A stretch of 64,000 nt of DNA from an uncultured Gemmatimonadaceae bacterium (GCA_963829055.1 CAWHHI010000016.1:256001-320000); one strand, 5' to 3'. Positions 1-10,544 are shown, counted from the stretch's first letter. Translations and numbers: made by a program. Notes: generated from the sequence alone by a model not told the origin.

Positions 1-2
1 TG

Positions 3-386
3 GGATGGTACGAGGCGAAGCGCGACGCGCGCCGGGCGGCGTTGGCCGCGCAGGGACTCGTCGTGGAGGAGCCGGTGTCGACAGAGCCGGACATTCTCGA
101 GACGATCCGCGCTCGCGAGGCAGCCGACAAGCTGGGCGACGACGATGGCGAGATCGACGATGCGGATCGCGACAAGTTGTTCCGCGAAGCGGCGGAGGTC
201 GTGATCCAGCATCAGCAAGGCTCGACGTCGCTGCTGCAGCGTCGGCTTGGCGTTGGCTACGGACGCGCGGCGCGGATCATCGATCAGCTGCACGCGGCGG
301 GTATTCTCGGACCGCCTAACGGGTCCAAGCCACGCGAGATTCTGAGCGGGCTCGAGGATCTCGACAGGATTTGCGGGCCACGCTGA
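3..386 (+). CDS. ftsK: DNA translocase FtsK, C-terminal gamma domain (5'-truncated by window)
   Basis: Open frame from position 3; DKLFREAAEVVI...GSTSLLQRRLGVGYGRAARIIDQL..AGILGPPNGSKPREIL is the FtsK gamma winged-helix signature. Confidence 0.95.
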   Translation, partial: GWYEAKRDARRAALAAQGLVVEEPVSTEPDILETIRAREAADKLGDDDGEIDDADRDKLFREAAEVVIQHQQGSTSLLQRRLGVGYGRAARIIDQLHAAGILGPPNGSKPREILSGLEDLDRICGPR

Positions 387-396
387 CCGGCCGAGA

Positions 397-1827
397 TCAG
401 TCGGGTATCGACGCGGCGCCGGACTCTACCGGTCGATCACAGCGGATCGAGAGAGCGACGGCGCGGTCCAGAAGACGCGCGAGCGCCTCTGCCTGGCGGG
501 GCTGACTGTAGCGCGCGATCTCACTCCTGTCGCCCGTGTAGGCGAGTGGCAGGCCGCGTTCCCACGTCCGCAACCATGCTTCGAGCACCGCCGCGATGCC
601 TTCTACCGAGTCTGCGGTGACGCCGGCGCGCGTGCGCTCGAGCAGCGCATCACCCCAACCACCGGGGTCGCTGGGCAACGCAAGAATCGGCCTGCCGGCG
701 TTCAGGTACTCGAACGTCTTCGCGGGAAAGCTGAGGGTGCCCTCGGCCGCGGTTGGTGCGGTGCAGTTGAACAGCACGAGCCCGTCCGCGCCACGTTGCA
801 GGCGCAGGGCATCCGCGGGCGGCAGACGGTCGATGAACACGCATGCGCGGGCCGCGTCAGGGAACCGGCTAAGGCTCGCCTCGAGGGTGCGATCGCATCC
901 GGTACCTGCGAACGTGACCTCGATCGGCGGCGGATTAGTGCCGCGCGCGGCGACCACCCGATCGAGCGCTTCGAAGAACAACTCCGGTCGCTGGTCACCC
1001 GGGTATACGGAGCCCGTGTACGCGAGACGCAAGCGGTCGTGACGTTCCGGCTCGACTAGCGGCTGCTCGGCCGGATCGAAGCCGACCATCACGACTTCTC
1101 CGTCCACCGCATAGGTTCGCTGCACGTAGCCGAGCATCGCCGGTGTGATGGCTCCCGCGGCTGCCGCCTGGCTCATCCACCGTCGATGCTGGCGATCCGC
1201 ATACGGTCGCCACGCTGCGCGACGCTGTCGCTCGAGGTGGAAGCTGTACAGATCGTCGAACTGCGCGACCCAAGGCACACCGGTGACACGGGCGATTTCG
1301 GACCCGACGACGTGCGCGCTCGCCGGCGGGCACAGGCTGCAGATTGCGTCGATCGACTCGTCCCGAATGACGCCGACGCCCGCGTCGACAGCCGCATCCA
1401 CCCAGCCGCGAAACGGATCCGGAAAATCACCGAACGCGGGCGAGAAGAGCGACAGCGCGCGACGCGCGACGCTCCGCGGGGAGAACGAAGTCTCGGTCGC
1501 GTCGTGACGCGTGCTGCCGTCGTTGCTGCGCATCGACGCGTCGTACACGCCGCCCAGCCGCTGATGGAGGCGCCTCAGTGCGTTGTCGCGTGTGCGGTAT
1601 GGAGTGCGAATGACGTTCACACCGGGGATCTCGTCGAGCGCCTGCGGATACGACGCGAGCGTGTAGGCACGGCGATCCTCCGGCGCGATATCGGTCATCC
1701 AGTTCTTGGTGAGAACGACAGGCTGCCATCCGGCCGCCGGCAGATACTTGCACAGCTTCAGCGCACGACGCGCACTGACGTCGTACTGCGGCGGGAACGT
1801 ATAGGTGACGAGGAGAACCTTTCGCAC
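397..1827 (-). CDS. GT4-like glycosyltransferase
   Basis: GTG start at 1827 (VRKVLLVTYTFPP); later YTGSVY and FPAKTFEYLNAGRPIL motifs of GT-B fold enzymes. Confidence 0.85.
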   Translation of the reverse strand: MRKVLLVTYTFPPQYDVSARRALKLCKYLPAAGWQPVVLTKNWMTDIAPEDRRAYTLASYPQALDEIPGVNVIRTPYRTRDNALRRLHQRLGGVYDASMRSNDGSTRHDATETSFSPRSVARRALSLFSPAFGDFPDPFRGWVDAAVDAGVGVIRDESIDAICSLCPPASAHVVGSEIARVTGVPWVAQFDDLYSFHLERQRRAAWRPYADRQHRRWMSQAAAAGAITPAMLGYVQRTYAVDGEVVMVGFDPAEQPLVEPERHDRLRLAYTGSVYPGDQRPELFFEALDRVVAARGTNPPPIEVTFAGTGCDRTLEASLSRFPDAARACVFIDRLPPADALRLQRGADGLVLFNCTAPTAAEGTLSFPAKTFEYLNAGRPILALPSDPGGWGDALLERTRAGVTADSVEGIAAVLEAWLRTWERGLPLAYTGDRSEIARYSQPRQAEALARLLDRAVALSIRCDRPVESGAASIPD

Positions 1828-1862
1828 GCGGCGCGCGCTCCGGCGCTGATCTGGCGACCGCG

Positions 1863-3149
1863 TTAGGCGGGAGTGGGCGCGAGCAGCTGTTCGTCGATGC
1901 CGAGAAACTCGGCGAACCGCCGGCGGAATACGTGCATGCCCAACTCTTCGCGGAGCACCCGTGGGATCGCGTCCGCGGCTCGCGCGTGGAACTCCGCGTC
2001 GGTGGCCGTCGTGCGCAACGCCTCGACAATGACGGCCGCGTCGAGCGAGTGACACGCGACCCCCACGGGCCAGCGTGCGAGAAACCGCGCCGGCGTCGAT
2101 TGCCGCGGTCCGTGAAACAGGATCGGTCGCCCTGCGGCAAGGTAGAGCGACACCTTGTTCGGAAACGATAGCTCGACGCCCGGCCGACACGCTTCGTCGA
2201 ACCAGTAGGGTACGTAGCACACGTCGCAGTCCGACAGAATCGCCACGGCGTCCGTCGTGGAGTGCCAGCCGAGGAATTCGACGCGCGCGGGTCCGGTCGC
2301 GCGCACCTCGAGACTCGCGGCGAGCATGCGCACAATCACGTCGCGGCCGTCGATGCGCCAGCCGATCGTCCCAAGCGCGGACATCAACGCTTCCCACTCA
2401 CGACGCGCGTACAAGCTCCCCGCATACCCAATGACGAACGGTTCGTCCGGGCGCCGCATGCCGGTGGGGCGAACCCATTGCGATTCGGGGAGCCCGTGAA
2501 TCATTGGCGTGCACGGCGTTCCGTACGACTGCTCATACGCCGCCTTCATCTCCGGAGACGCCACCGCAGTGCGGACCGAGCTCCGAACGGCTTCAGCGAA
2601 GCGGCCCATCGTGCGCTCGAGCGCGGCGCCGTCGATGCCCCAGTAGTGCGGCAGGAAGTAGTCGGGCGCGTCCCACACGGTCGTCACCAATGGCACGCCC
2701 ACGCGCTTCGCGAGTCGGGCGGCGACGTTGATCAGCGTCGGATTCGCGAGCGGGATCCAGAGCAACTCCGCCCTCACCTCGCGCGCGAACGTCGCGATCT
2801 GCTCGATGAGCCGCGGGAGGTGGCGACGATCGACGTACGCGTCGAACACGCCGCGCGTGGAGTGCTGCACGCGACGGCCCCATCGATTGAAGCCACGCTC
2901 CGGGACGGCGTCGAGCGTTAGGCGTGGCGTGTGCGCCAGTGTCGCTGGCCACGCACCGGTACCGCCGCCGGGAAGGATCGCGAAGGCAAGTTTGTCCGCG
3001 GGGTAGAGCAGGCAAAGGTCCCGCAGAAACACGCCCCCGACGCCTTCGGGCACCGGCGCCACGGGCGACACGATCAGAATGCGTGGTGCCTGGGAGACGC
3101 TCGCTACGCGCGATGAGTCGCGACCCGACACGACCGACGCCACTGTCAC
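1863..3149 (-). CDS. GT-B fold glycosyltransferase
   Basis: RILIVSPVAP N-terminus, IGYAGSLY, LSFPNKVSLYLAAGRPIL; lies within the glycan cluster. Confidence 0.8.
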   Translation of the reverse strand: MTVASVVSGRDSSRVASVSQAPRILIVSPVAPVPEGVGGVFLRDLCLLYPADKLAFAILPGGGTGAWPATLAHTPRLTLDAVPERGFNRWGRRVQHSTRGVFDAYVDRRHLPRLIEQIATFAREVRAELLWIPLANPTLINVAARLAKRVGVPLVTTVWDAPDYFLPHYWGIDGAALERTMGRFAEAVRSSVRTAVASPEMKAAYEQSYGTPCTPMIHGLPESQWVRPTGMRRPDEPFVIGYAGSLYARREWEALMSALGTIGWRIDGRDVIVRMLAASLEVRATGPARVEFLGWHSTTDAVAILSDCDVCYVPYWFDEACRPGVELSFPNKVSLYLAAGRPILFHGPRQSTPARFLARWPVGVACHSLDAAVIVEALRTTATDAEFHARAADAIPRVLREELGMHVFRRRFAEFLGIDEQLLAPTPA

Positions 3150-4231
3150 GCGAGACGCTCGCCGAGCAGTACGTTCGCCACCGTGTCACTCACGGCAGGC
3201 GCGAGGTACTCCGGTGGCACGACCCAGTTTCTCTCGCGCGTCATCGCCGCCCGGACCGCGCGCGTGATGCGGTCCGGGTCAACGCCAGCGATGATGTTGC
3301 TCCCGCACTCGACCGTTTCGGGTCGCTCCGTGACATCGCGCGTGGTCACGTTCGCGACGCGCAGGATGCAACACTCCTCCTGAACAGTGCCGCTGTCGGT
3401 CAGCACGCAGGCGGCGTCGCGCTCGAGTGCGACGAAGTCGAACAGTCCCAACGGGGGAAGCACACGCAGGCCCGCCACCAGCCCGGTCATGCCGAATGCC
3501 TCGAGACGACTCTTCGTACGGGGATGCATGCTCACGACGATCGGCAACGCATGCTCCTCGCCCACTCGCCGCAGCGCGTCTGCCAGCTGACGTAGCCGCT
3601 CGGGCACATCGACATTCTCGGCTCTGTGTGCCGTGACGAGAAAGTAGCCGCCGCGCTCGACGCCGATACGCGCGTGAACGTCGGACGCGTCGATGCATGG
3701 CTCGTAGTGCCGCAGCACCTCGAGGATCGGATTGCCGGTCACGATCACGCGCTGTGACGCGATCCCTTCGCGCAGCAGGTTCGCGCGGCTTCGCTCCGTA
3801 TAGGGGAGGAGCACGTCACTCGAGTGATCGATGATCCGGCGGTTCACCTCTTCGGGCACGCGATCGTCGAAGCAGCGGTTGCCGGCCTCCATGTGATACA
3901 CCGGTACGCCCATCCGCTTGGCGACAACGGCTGCCAGGCCGCTGTTCGTGTCGCCAAGAATCAGCAACCGGTCTGGCCGGTGCTCCCGAATCGCGCGCTC
4001 GGTGCCCGTCAGTATCTGACCCGCCTGCTCCCCGAACGAGTCCGCGCGCACGCCTAACGAAACGTCAGGCGCGCGGACGTCGAGGTCGCGGAAGAACACG
4101 TCGCTGAGCGACGGGTCGAAGTTCTGGCCCGTGTGCACGAGCACGTGGTCGCACGACGCATCCAGCTTCGGGATGAGCCGTGAGAGGCGGATGATCTCGG
4201 GACGCGTCCCGAGCACGGTCATGACCTTCAT
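3146..4231 (-). CDS. UDP-N-acetylhexosamine 2-epimerase (non-hydrolysing; FnlC/WbjD/Cap5G-like)
   Basis: MKVMTVLGTRPEIIRL, HTGQNFD, HMEAGNRCFD, TDSGTVQEE, TERPE motifs. Confidence 0.92.
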   Translation of the reverse strand: MKVMTVLGTRPEIIRLSRLIPKLDASCDHVLVHTGQNFDPSLSDVFFRDLDVRAPDVSLGVRADSFGEQAGQILTGTERAIREHRPDRLLILGDTNSGLAAVVAKRMGVPVYHMEAGNRCFDDRVPEEVNRRIIDHSSDVLLPYTERSRANLLREGIASQRVIVTGNPILEVLRHYEPCIDASDVHARIGVERGGYFLVTAHRAENVDVPERLRQLADALRRVGEEHALPIVVSMHPRTKSRLEAFGMTGLVAGLRVLPPLGLFDFVALERDAACVLTDSGTVQEECCILRVANVTTRDVTERPETVECGSNIIAGVDPDRITRAVRAAMTRERNWVVPPEYLAPAVSDTVANVLLGERLA

Positions 4232-5313
4232 CGCAACAGCTCGACGCCCTCGTCGGCCGAGTTGCCGGCGAACATCAACTGCTGTCGCGTGAGAAGTCCG
4301 ACGACGTCGTCGTAGCTCATCACCTCGTTACCTGAGCTGTACTCACCGGGCAGCGCCGCCAGTGGCTCGTCGTCACCCTCGTGAAGCTCTGGCAGCACGG
4401 GACGAATGGCGTAGAAGCGACCGCGGTCCACGCTGCGATGGCATTCCTCTTCGGAAATGAGGATCTCATGGACCTTTTCGCCGGGCCGTATGCCCGTCAC
4501 CACTGTCTCGATGTCTCGCGGCCCGACGAGCGCGCGAGCGACGTCGACGACCTTTGCCGACGGGACGCGTGGAATGTACGTCTCTCCGCGACGACCGCCG
4601 CGCATCACGGCGAACACGGTGTCCACCGCCTCCTCGAGCGAGAGCAGGAAGCGTGTCATGTCCGTCGTCGTGATGGTTACTGGACCGCCGCTCCGGATCT
4701 GCTCGTGAAAGAGCGGGATCACCGACCCACGCGACGCGAGCACGTTGCCGTACCTGACGCACACGAAGCGCGTGTCGGGGCACGTGAGATTCGCCGACGT
4801 GAACACGCGCTCCTGGATCGCCTTGGTCATGCCCATGACGTTGACGGGCTTGCAGGCCTTGTCGGTGCTCACGCCGACGACCGTGTCGATCTGCAGTCCA
4901 TTCTCGCGAATGGCCCGAATGATGTTCTCCGGCCCCGTGATGTTCGTCTGGACGGCCTCGTACGGGAAATACTCGCACGTCGGCACCTGCTTGAGCGCGG
5001 CAGCATTCACGACCACGTCCGCGGTGCGCAGCACGGACGCGACGGAGTGGTAGTCGCGCACGTCGCCGATCACGAACGTCAGCAGCTCGTTGAAGTTGCG
5101 GTACACGATCTCGTCGGTCGCGACGACGCGATTCTTGTAGTGCAGCCGCATGTCGTGCTGCTTCGCTTCGTCGCGCGAGAACACGGTGATGCGCTTCGGC
5201 CGGCCCATCTCGCCGCCTAACAGGCGACGACACAGGACCTTGCCGAGGGAGCCGGTGCCCCCGGTGACTACGATATGCTTGCCGTCGAGCGGTCGCGTGC
5301 GTTCGAGATCCAC
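4228..5313 (-). CDS. UDP-GlcNAc 4,6-dehydratase/epimerase (FnlA/WbjB/Cap5E-like)
   Basis: GTG start at 5313; TGGTGSLG, FSRDEAKQ, AAALKQVPTCEYFP, STDKAC.PVNVMGMTKA, VRYGNVLASRGSVIPLF, GIRPGEKVHE. Confidence 0.92.
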   Translation of the reverse strand: MDLERTRPLDGKHIVVTGGTGSLGKVLCRRLLGGEMGRPKRITVFSRDEAKQHDMRLHYKNRVVATDEIVYRNFNELLTFVIGDVRDYHSVASVLRTADVVVNAAALKQVPTCEYFPYEAVQTNITGPENIIRAIRENGLQIDTVVGVSTDKACKPVNVMGMTKAIQERVFTSANLTCPDTRFVCVRYGNVLASRGSVIPLFHEQIRSGGPVTITTTDMTRFLLSLEEAVDTVFAVMRGGRRGETYIPRVPSAKVVDVARALVGPRDIETVVTGIRPGEKVHEILISEEECHRSVDRGRFYAIRPVLPELHEGDDEPLAALPGEYSSGNEVMSYDDVVGLLTRQQLMFAGNSADEGVELLR

Positions 5314-6191
5314 TGATGGTTCCAGGTGTCGTAAGGCGTGGGGTCTGCCGCCAGCTCGGCGACCATGGTCGCCCACGATGGCGGGCGATACCCCGTCGCG
5401 TTCATGAAGCGAGTTGCGTCGAGGGTGCGATCGCAGACGAACGACTCGTCGGCTTCGAGCGTGGTGCCGAGGCCTAACGCATCGTTCACGAGCGTCAGCA
5501 GGTCGTACTTCGCTATCGGTTCGCCAGCAACGTGCCAGACGCCGCGGAGGTCGCGATGGTGCTCGGCGATGTCCGCGAGCACGCGCGAAAGCTCGAGCGT
5601 CGTGAGGCCACTGAACCGCGCGCGCGTGAAGCCGGGAACGGTCTGCCCGCGACGCGACAGGAACCACTCTACCAGCCCGCGCGACGACCCGATCTCGCGG
5701 CCTACCATCGACGTCCGCACCGTCAGGCAGGCGTCGTGATCGACTTCGCCGAGCAGCTTGCTGCGACCGTACAGGTCCTTCGCGTCAGGCACGTCGGCCT
5801 CGGCATAGTTGCCGCGAGCGCCGGAAAACACGCAGTCGGTGCTGAGGTGAATCAGGCGCGCACCGGCTCTGGCGCACCGCGCGGCGAGTCGGTGTGGCAG
5901 CAGCGCGTTCACCGCGATGGTGCCTACGGCATCCTCGGCCTCTCGGCGCTGCTTGACGATTCCCACGGCATTCAGCACGACGTCGGGACGTGCAACGGAA
6001 AACGCGCGCTCGATATCGGCGTCTTGCGACGCGTCCACGCGATCGATGACGCGGCGCTCGTCGAACCACTCGAGACTCGCGTAGTCCGCGTATGGTCGCC
6101 GGACGGCAACGAAGGCTTCCATGCGACCGTCGAGCTCCCGCCACAGGCGGTGACCGAGCATGCCCGCGCCGCCGAGGACGAGCGCCCTCAC
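5268..6191 (-). CDS. RmlD-like NDP-4-keto-6-deoxyhexose reductase (SDR)
   Basis: LGGAGMLG, NAVG, HLSTDCVFSG, YGRSKLLGE (YxxxK), RTS. Confidence 0.9.
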   Translation of the reverse strand: MRALVLGGAGMLGHRLWRELDGRMEAFVAVRRPYADYASLEWFDERRVIDRVDASQDADIERAFSVARPDVVLNAVGIVKQRREAEDAVGTIAVNALLPHRLAARCARAGARLIHLSTDCVFSGARGNYAEADVPDAKDLYGRSKLLGEVDHDACLTVRTSMVGREIGSSRGLVEWFLSRRGQTVPGFTRARFSGLTTLELSRVLADIAEHHRDLRGVWHVAGEPIAKYDLLTLVNDALGLGTTLEADESFVCDRTLDATRFMNATGYRPPSWATMVAELAADPTPYDTWNHQWISNARDRSTASIS

Positions 6192-7501
6192 GTAGCACTC
6201 CGGGAGGCCAGTGTCTCGTACAGTTTGACGACCCGCGGGCGGATCGTGGCGCGATCCGCGAGGTCGTGCACGAGCGCCAGGTTGCGTTCCGCCGCACTGT
6301 CGACGAGCGCGTCGTCCGTCATCGCCCTAACGAGCGCCTGCCCGATCTCGTCAGGGTAGAGATTCCGAGCGAACAGCACGTTCGACTCATCGCGCACGAG
6401 CGGGCGGATCGTGTCGAGCGGCGAGAGCACGGGGAAGGCACCGGTGGCCATTGCCTCGAACATCGAGTTCGGCGTCCCGTCCACCAGCGATGGCGCGAGC
6501 ATCACGCGCGCTCGGCCCATCAACTGCAGGATCTCGTGACGGGGAATCCGCTCATCGATCCGGCACGACGCTTTGATCTCGGGTGGCAGCGCGTGGAACC
6601 ACATGCGCGTCTCGCGCTCCATCGCCAGCATGTGAATCTCGCACGGCGGCAGGCGATCCCAGTTGCGCACCAGCGCCTCGAACACAGGCAGTGCCTTCGA
6701 CCACGGACACTCGTACGCCTTGGGCCAGAGAATCACCGAGCGACTCGACGGCAGACCGCTGGAATATGTGCGGAGCGCGTCGATGTCCACACCGCCGGTA
6801 CCGGGTACCGTGCCGATCGGACACAGTTGCTCGGCGTGGACGCCCATCGCACGCGCGATGTCGAAGTTGATCTGATTGTCACTCACCAAACAGTCCGCGG
6901 CGCGCATGACGGTCGCCACGCGAGACGCACGATCGGTGTCGAAGCGCGCGAGCGCGAGGTCGGATCCGCCGCGCGTCTGCGCGAGCCAGCGGCCGACTGA
7001 TGCCAAGCCGTGATCCTGCCGGGTGTCGTAGTAGAACTCACCAGCGGGATCGATGCCGAGCGTGTGCACGACATCCGGCTTCCAGTCGCGGATCACCTGG
7101 GCGAGCCAGCGCTGCTCGATTGCTCGAGCACTCGAGACAAGCCGAGCATACACGCGCTTCGGCGCGCGCGCGATGCGAGCTGCCGCGTAGAGGCGACGCC
7201 GCGTCTGCGCGTCGAGTCGTCGGGACGTCGTCGCGGTCACGTACGTACGAACCGGCCACTCGTCAGGTGGCACACCTCCGGGCAGCGCGAACAGCCTGAC
7301 GTTGAGCTCCGAGCCGGCGAGGAGATCGATCCACGCGTGCGTGTGCGTACTGTCCGCGGGTCCGACGAATAGCACGCGAGGGCGACCAGGATAGGGGTCG
7401 TCATCGAAGCGTCGGGGCGCAGGCCAGGCGGCGCTCGTGCCCGCTGGGGTGCGAGTCGAGCTCGCGTTATGTCCGGGCACTGTCGCGGACACGGATGTCA
7501 T
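6188..7501 (-). CDS. GT4 glycosyltransferase
   Basis: RVLFVGPADSTHT..W; APSLVDGTPNSMFEAMATG donor-binding motif. Confidence 0.85.
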   Translation of the reverse strand: MTSVSATVPGHNASSTRTPAGTSAAWPAPRRFDDDPYPGRPRVLFVGPADSTHTHAWIDLLAGSELNVRLFALPGGVPPDEWPVRTYVTATTSRRLDAQTRRRLYAAARIARAPKRVYARLVSSARAIEQRWLAQVIRDWKPDVVHTLGIDPAGEFYYDTRQDHGLASVGRWLAQTRGGSDLALARFDTDRASRVATVMRAADCLVSDNQINFDIARAMGVHAEQLCPIGTVPGTGGVDIDALRTYSSGLPSSRSVILWPKAYECPWSKALPVFEALVRNWDRLPPCEIHMLAMERETRMWFHALPPEIKASCRIDERIPRHEILQLMGRARVMLAPSLVDGTPNSMFEAMATGAFPVLSPLDTIRPLVRDESNVLFARNLYPDEIGQALVRAMTDDALVDSAAERNLALVHDLADRATIRPRVVKLYETLASRSAT

Positions 7502-9531
7502 CGCGCACCGTCGGCGATCGCGGCCGTCGCGACGTCGCGGAGCGGCTCGACGGGTGTAGCGTTAGGTGGTAAGCACGCGTCGCCCGCGGTGCCCACCGGC
7601 GCGTCCAGCACCTCGCGGCACCACAGCTCCAGCATCATGAGGAGCCACGGTTCTGACCATCCCGTGTCGCCTCGCCGGAAACGATTCGCGATCGTGGAGA
7701 CGACGTCTGCATCGAGCAGCCCACGGGACGACACCGCACGTGGGTCGAGCGCGTCATCCATGACATCGCGCAACGGACCGCGCAGCCAGGCGTCGAACGG
7801 CATGGCGAAGCCGCGCTTGGGTTGGACGTCGAAGTTCGGCGGCAGCCAGCGTCGACCGACGTCGATCAGTACGCGCTTCGCTCCGGAATCACGGTAGGTG
7901 CGGCCGTAGGGGTCGGCACCGTGGACATCACCGAGCTTGGCCGAGTCGGGCAGCGAGAGCGCCGTGTCTACGACGACTGGATCGAGATACGGAACGCGCA
8001 CCTCGAGCGAGTGAGCCATCGACACGGCGTCGATGTCGCGTAGCAGCTGGTTCGTCAGGTAGCCGCGCGTCGCGAGTGCAGTGACGCGCTCGATCGCTGA
8101 CCCGCGGGCGAGCTCGTCGAGCGGCGCCAGGTCGCGATGGGGCGGGGCACCTGCACCCGCGGCTGCAGCGACACCCGGCGTCAACAACCGTGCAGCGCCC
8201 ACGGGACCGAAGATCTGATACGTCTCACCATACGCGCCGATGAAGCTGCCGCGCCGCCAGCGATGGATCCTGCCACCGCCGCGCCGCCGCAGCAGTCCGT
8301 CGAATGCCTGATGGCGCACCGCGGCCGCGACCATCGACCGCGCGAGGCCGCGCCACGGCTCACGCGCCAGGCGCTCCGTCTCCTGTGCCATCGTGATGAA
8401 CCACGGATAGCCTGCGAACAGCTCGTCGCCGCCGGTACCCGAGACGGCTACCGTCACGTCTCGTCTTGCCGCCAGCGACACGAAGTAGCTGTTCACACCG
8501 TCCACGCTCGGTTGATCGAGCGCGCGCGCGATCGCGGTGATTCGGTCGCGAACATCGTCGCCACGCACGACGGACGTCGTATGTTGCGTCCCGAGGTGGC
8601 GCGCCATCCGCTCGGCGTCACCGCTCTCGTCGATGTCGTCGGCCGCGCCGGCGAAACCGACAGAGAACGTGCGTACCGGCGTGCCTAACGCCTTAGTCAT
8701 GATCGCGACGAGGATCGAGGAGTCGACCCCCCCGCTCAGGAACGCGCCGAGCGGCACGTCGCTCACGAGCTGCAGTCGCGCGGATTCCTCGAGCGCCTCG
8801 GCCACCGCCTCGACATGTTCCGCATACGGCCGGGCACGAAGCCCCGGACGCCGGTCCGTGTCGAGCGCCCAGTAGCGCTCCACGCGCATGGCACCGCGCT
8901 CGACTACCAGTCGGTGACCGGGTAGCAGCGCCTTCACGCCGCCGATCATGGTGCGCGGCTGTAGCACGGAGCCGTACGTGAGCAGCGTGCGCAATGCGGT
9001 GGCGTCGATACGTGCCGCGACGAGCCCGCTCGCGAGCAACGCCTTGAGCTCCGACGCGAACACCAGCCGCCCGCCGGCCTCGGCGTACAGCACCGGTTTG
9101 ATGCCCATGTGATCGCGCGCGAGCACGAAGCGCTCGTGGCCCGGTCCGCGACGCGCATCCCAGAGCGCCAGCGCGAACATGCCGCGCAACCTGGTAACGA
9201 AGTCGTCACCGAATCGCTCGTACAGGCGCAACACGACTTCGGTGTCGGACGTGGAGCGAAACCGCACGCCGCTCGCCTCGAGCACTCGACGCTGCTCGGC
9301 GAAGTTGTACACCTCGCCATTGTACACGATGCGAATGGCTGCGTCGTCGGTGGCCATTGGTTGATGGCCGGCTGCGCTGAGATCGAGAACGGCCAGCCGC
9401 GCCATCCCGAGTGACGCGCTCTCGCCGGCCCAGGTGCCGCTATCGTCCGGGCCGCGATGGCGCATCGCCCCGACCATCGCGTGCAGTGCACGATCGGCGC
9501 GCGTCCCGACGAAGCCGCAGATTCCGCACAT
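7498..9531 (-). CDS. asnB: AsnB-family glutamine amidotransferase (glycan-cluster type)
   Basis: ATG at 9531 gives MCGICG (N-terminal Cys); HRGPDD, GHQPM, YNGEVYN, ARDHMGIKP, FLSGGVDSS, SGTGGDELFAGY, SLEVRVPYLD, KRGF. Confidence 0.93.
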   Translation of the reverse strand: MCGICGFVGTRADRALHAMVGAMRHRGPDDSGTWAGESASLGMARLAVLDLSAAGHQPMATDDAAIRIVYNGEVYNFAEQRRVLEASGVRFRSTSDTEVVLRLYERFGDDFVTRLRGMFALALWDARRGPGHERFVLARDHMGIKPVLYAEAGGRLVFASELKALLASGLVAARIDATALRTLLTYGSVLQPRTMIGGVKALLPGHRLVVERGAMRVERYWALDTDRRPGLRARPYAEHVEAVAEALEESARLQLVSDVPLGAFLSGGVDSSILVAIMTKALGTPVRTFSVGFAGAADDIDESGDAERMARHLGTQHTTSVVRGDDVRDRITAIARALDQPSVDGVNSYFVSLAARRDVTVAVSGTGGDELFAGYPWFITMAQETERLAREPWRGLARSMVAAAVRHQAFDGLLRRRGGGRIHRWRRGSFIGAYGETYQIFGPVGAARLLTPGVAAAAGAGAPPHRDLAPLDELARGSAIERVTALATRGYLTNQLLRDIDAVSMAHSLEVRVPYLDPVVVDTALSLPDSAKLGDVHGADPYGRTYRDSGAKRVLIDVGRRWLPPNFDVQPKRGFAMPFDAWLRGPLRDVMDDALDPRAVSSRGLLDADVVSTIANRFRRGDTGWSEPWLLMMLELWCREVLDAPVGTAGDACLPPNATPVEPLRDVATAAIADGAR

Positions 9532-9533
9532 GA

Positions 9534-10529
9534 TCAGCCGGCTCCGCGAGCACGAGCCTCGACGCCGTTCCCGCCGACTTCTACCTCGACGTTCGCGAGA
9601 CCGAGCGACGTGAGCGTGTGGCGGATCTCCTCCGGACCGCGCAGGTGCTTGTACCGATCGGTGAGTGTGTCGTGCGTGTCGAGCAGCGCCCACTCCGAGA
9701 GCAGCTCGGCGCCGAGCTCGGGGTACGCCTCGTAGTAGTCCACGACGGGCGATACGCGGCCCAGATAGCGACGAAGGCGACCGAATCCGCGACGCCGGCG
9801 CCACAGCACGCGATGGACCGGCAGCAGCGCCCGTGTCGTACCTAACGCCAGGCGCCGCGCCTGCTCGGGCGGAAGCCGAAGCAACAGGTCGCGCAGCACC
9901 TTGCGCGGCGCCGTCACCGGGTAGTCGCGCGAGTAGTGGTCGAGCACGAGTAACCCACCCGGCTTCACATACCGCGCGAGCGCGGCCATCGTGTTCTCCG
10001 GCTCCGGCGTATGCTGGACTACGCCCAGACAGATGACGATATCGAACGCGTGACTCCTGACCGGCAGGCTCCGAATGTCGGCCTGACAGACGAAGTAGCC
10101 GGAAGAGGTGCCGCAGTTCGCGTAGTTGGCTTCGACGGCGGCGGAGAGGTCCGCGGCGATGACGCGCGCACCCGCGTCGAGTAGAATCTCGGTGAACCGG
10201 CCGGCACCACACCCAGCCTCCAATACCGTCCTGTCGCGAACCACGTCGAGCGAGCCGCCGAGGCACCGCGTCAGGCGGTCGCGCGAGATGGTGGTGCCGG
10301 TGTGGGAGTCGAGCTGTGAGCGGCGGAAATGCGTCCACTGCCAGCCGAATGCCGCCGCATAATTGTCCGATGATACGAAGCGCGGAATGCCTCGCACCAC
10401 CGGCACGCGGCAGCCCGAGGTGCAGATCAAGGCTGTCGCCCGCTCGACGTCGTCTCCGTCAGAGAAGCCGCCGCCAAGGGCGAACGGCTCGCTGTGCGGC
10501 AGGCAACGCAGCTCGGGCGGGATGCGCAT
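9534..10529 (-). CDS. Class I SAM-dependent methyltransferase with Trm112-like N-terminus
   Basis: VLEAGCGAGRF SAM motif; ELRC...LICTSGC.VPVVRGIPRF N-terminal module; FDIVICLGVVQHT. Confidence 0.88.
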   Translation of the reverse strand: MRIPPELRCLPHSEPFALGGGFSDGDDVERATALICTSGCRVPVVRGIPRFVSSDNYAAAFGWQWTHFRRSQLDSHTGTTISRDRLTRCLGGSLDVVRDRTVLEAGCGAGRFTEILLDAGARVIAADLSAAVEANYANCGTSSGYFVCQADIRSLPVRSHAFDIVICLGVVQHTPEPENTMAALARYVKPGGLLVLDHYSRDYPVTAPRKVLRDLLLRLPPEQARRLALGTTRALLPVHRVLWRRRRGFGRLRRYLGRVSPVVDYYEAYPELGAELLSEWALLDTHDTLTDRYKHLRGPEEIRHTLTSLGLANVEVEVGGNGVEARARGAG

Positions 10530-10544
10530 GTGGTGTCTCGATGC

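Noticed and set aside
7498..10338. Long N-terminal extensions on asnB, cca (21531), the WbuB-like GT (43859), mlaE (50931) and the GT at 397-2397
   Set aside because: They overlap real neighbouring genes; AsnB needs an N-terminal Cys; high GC leaves alternate frames open.
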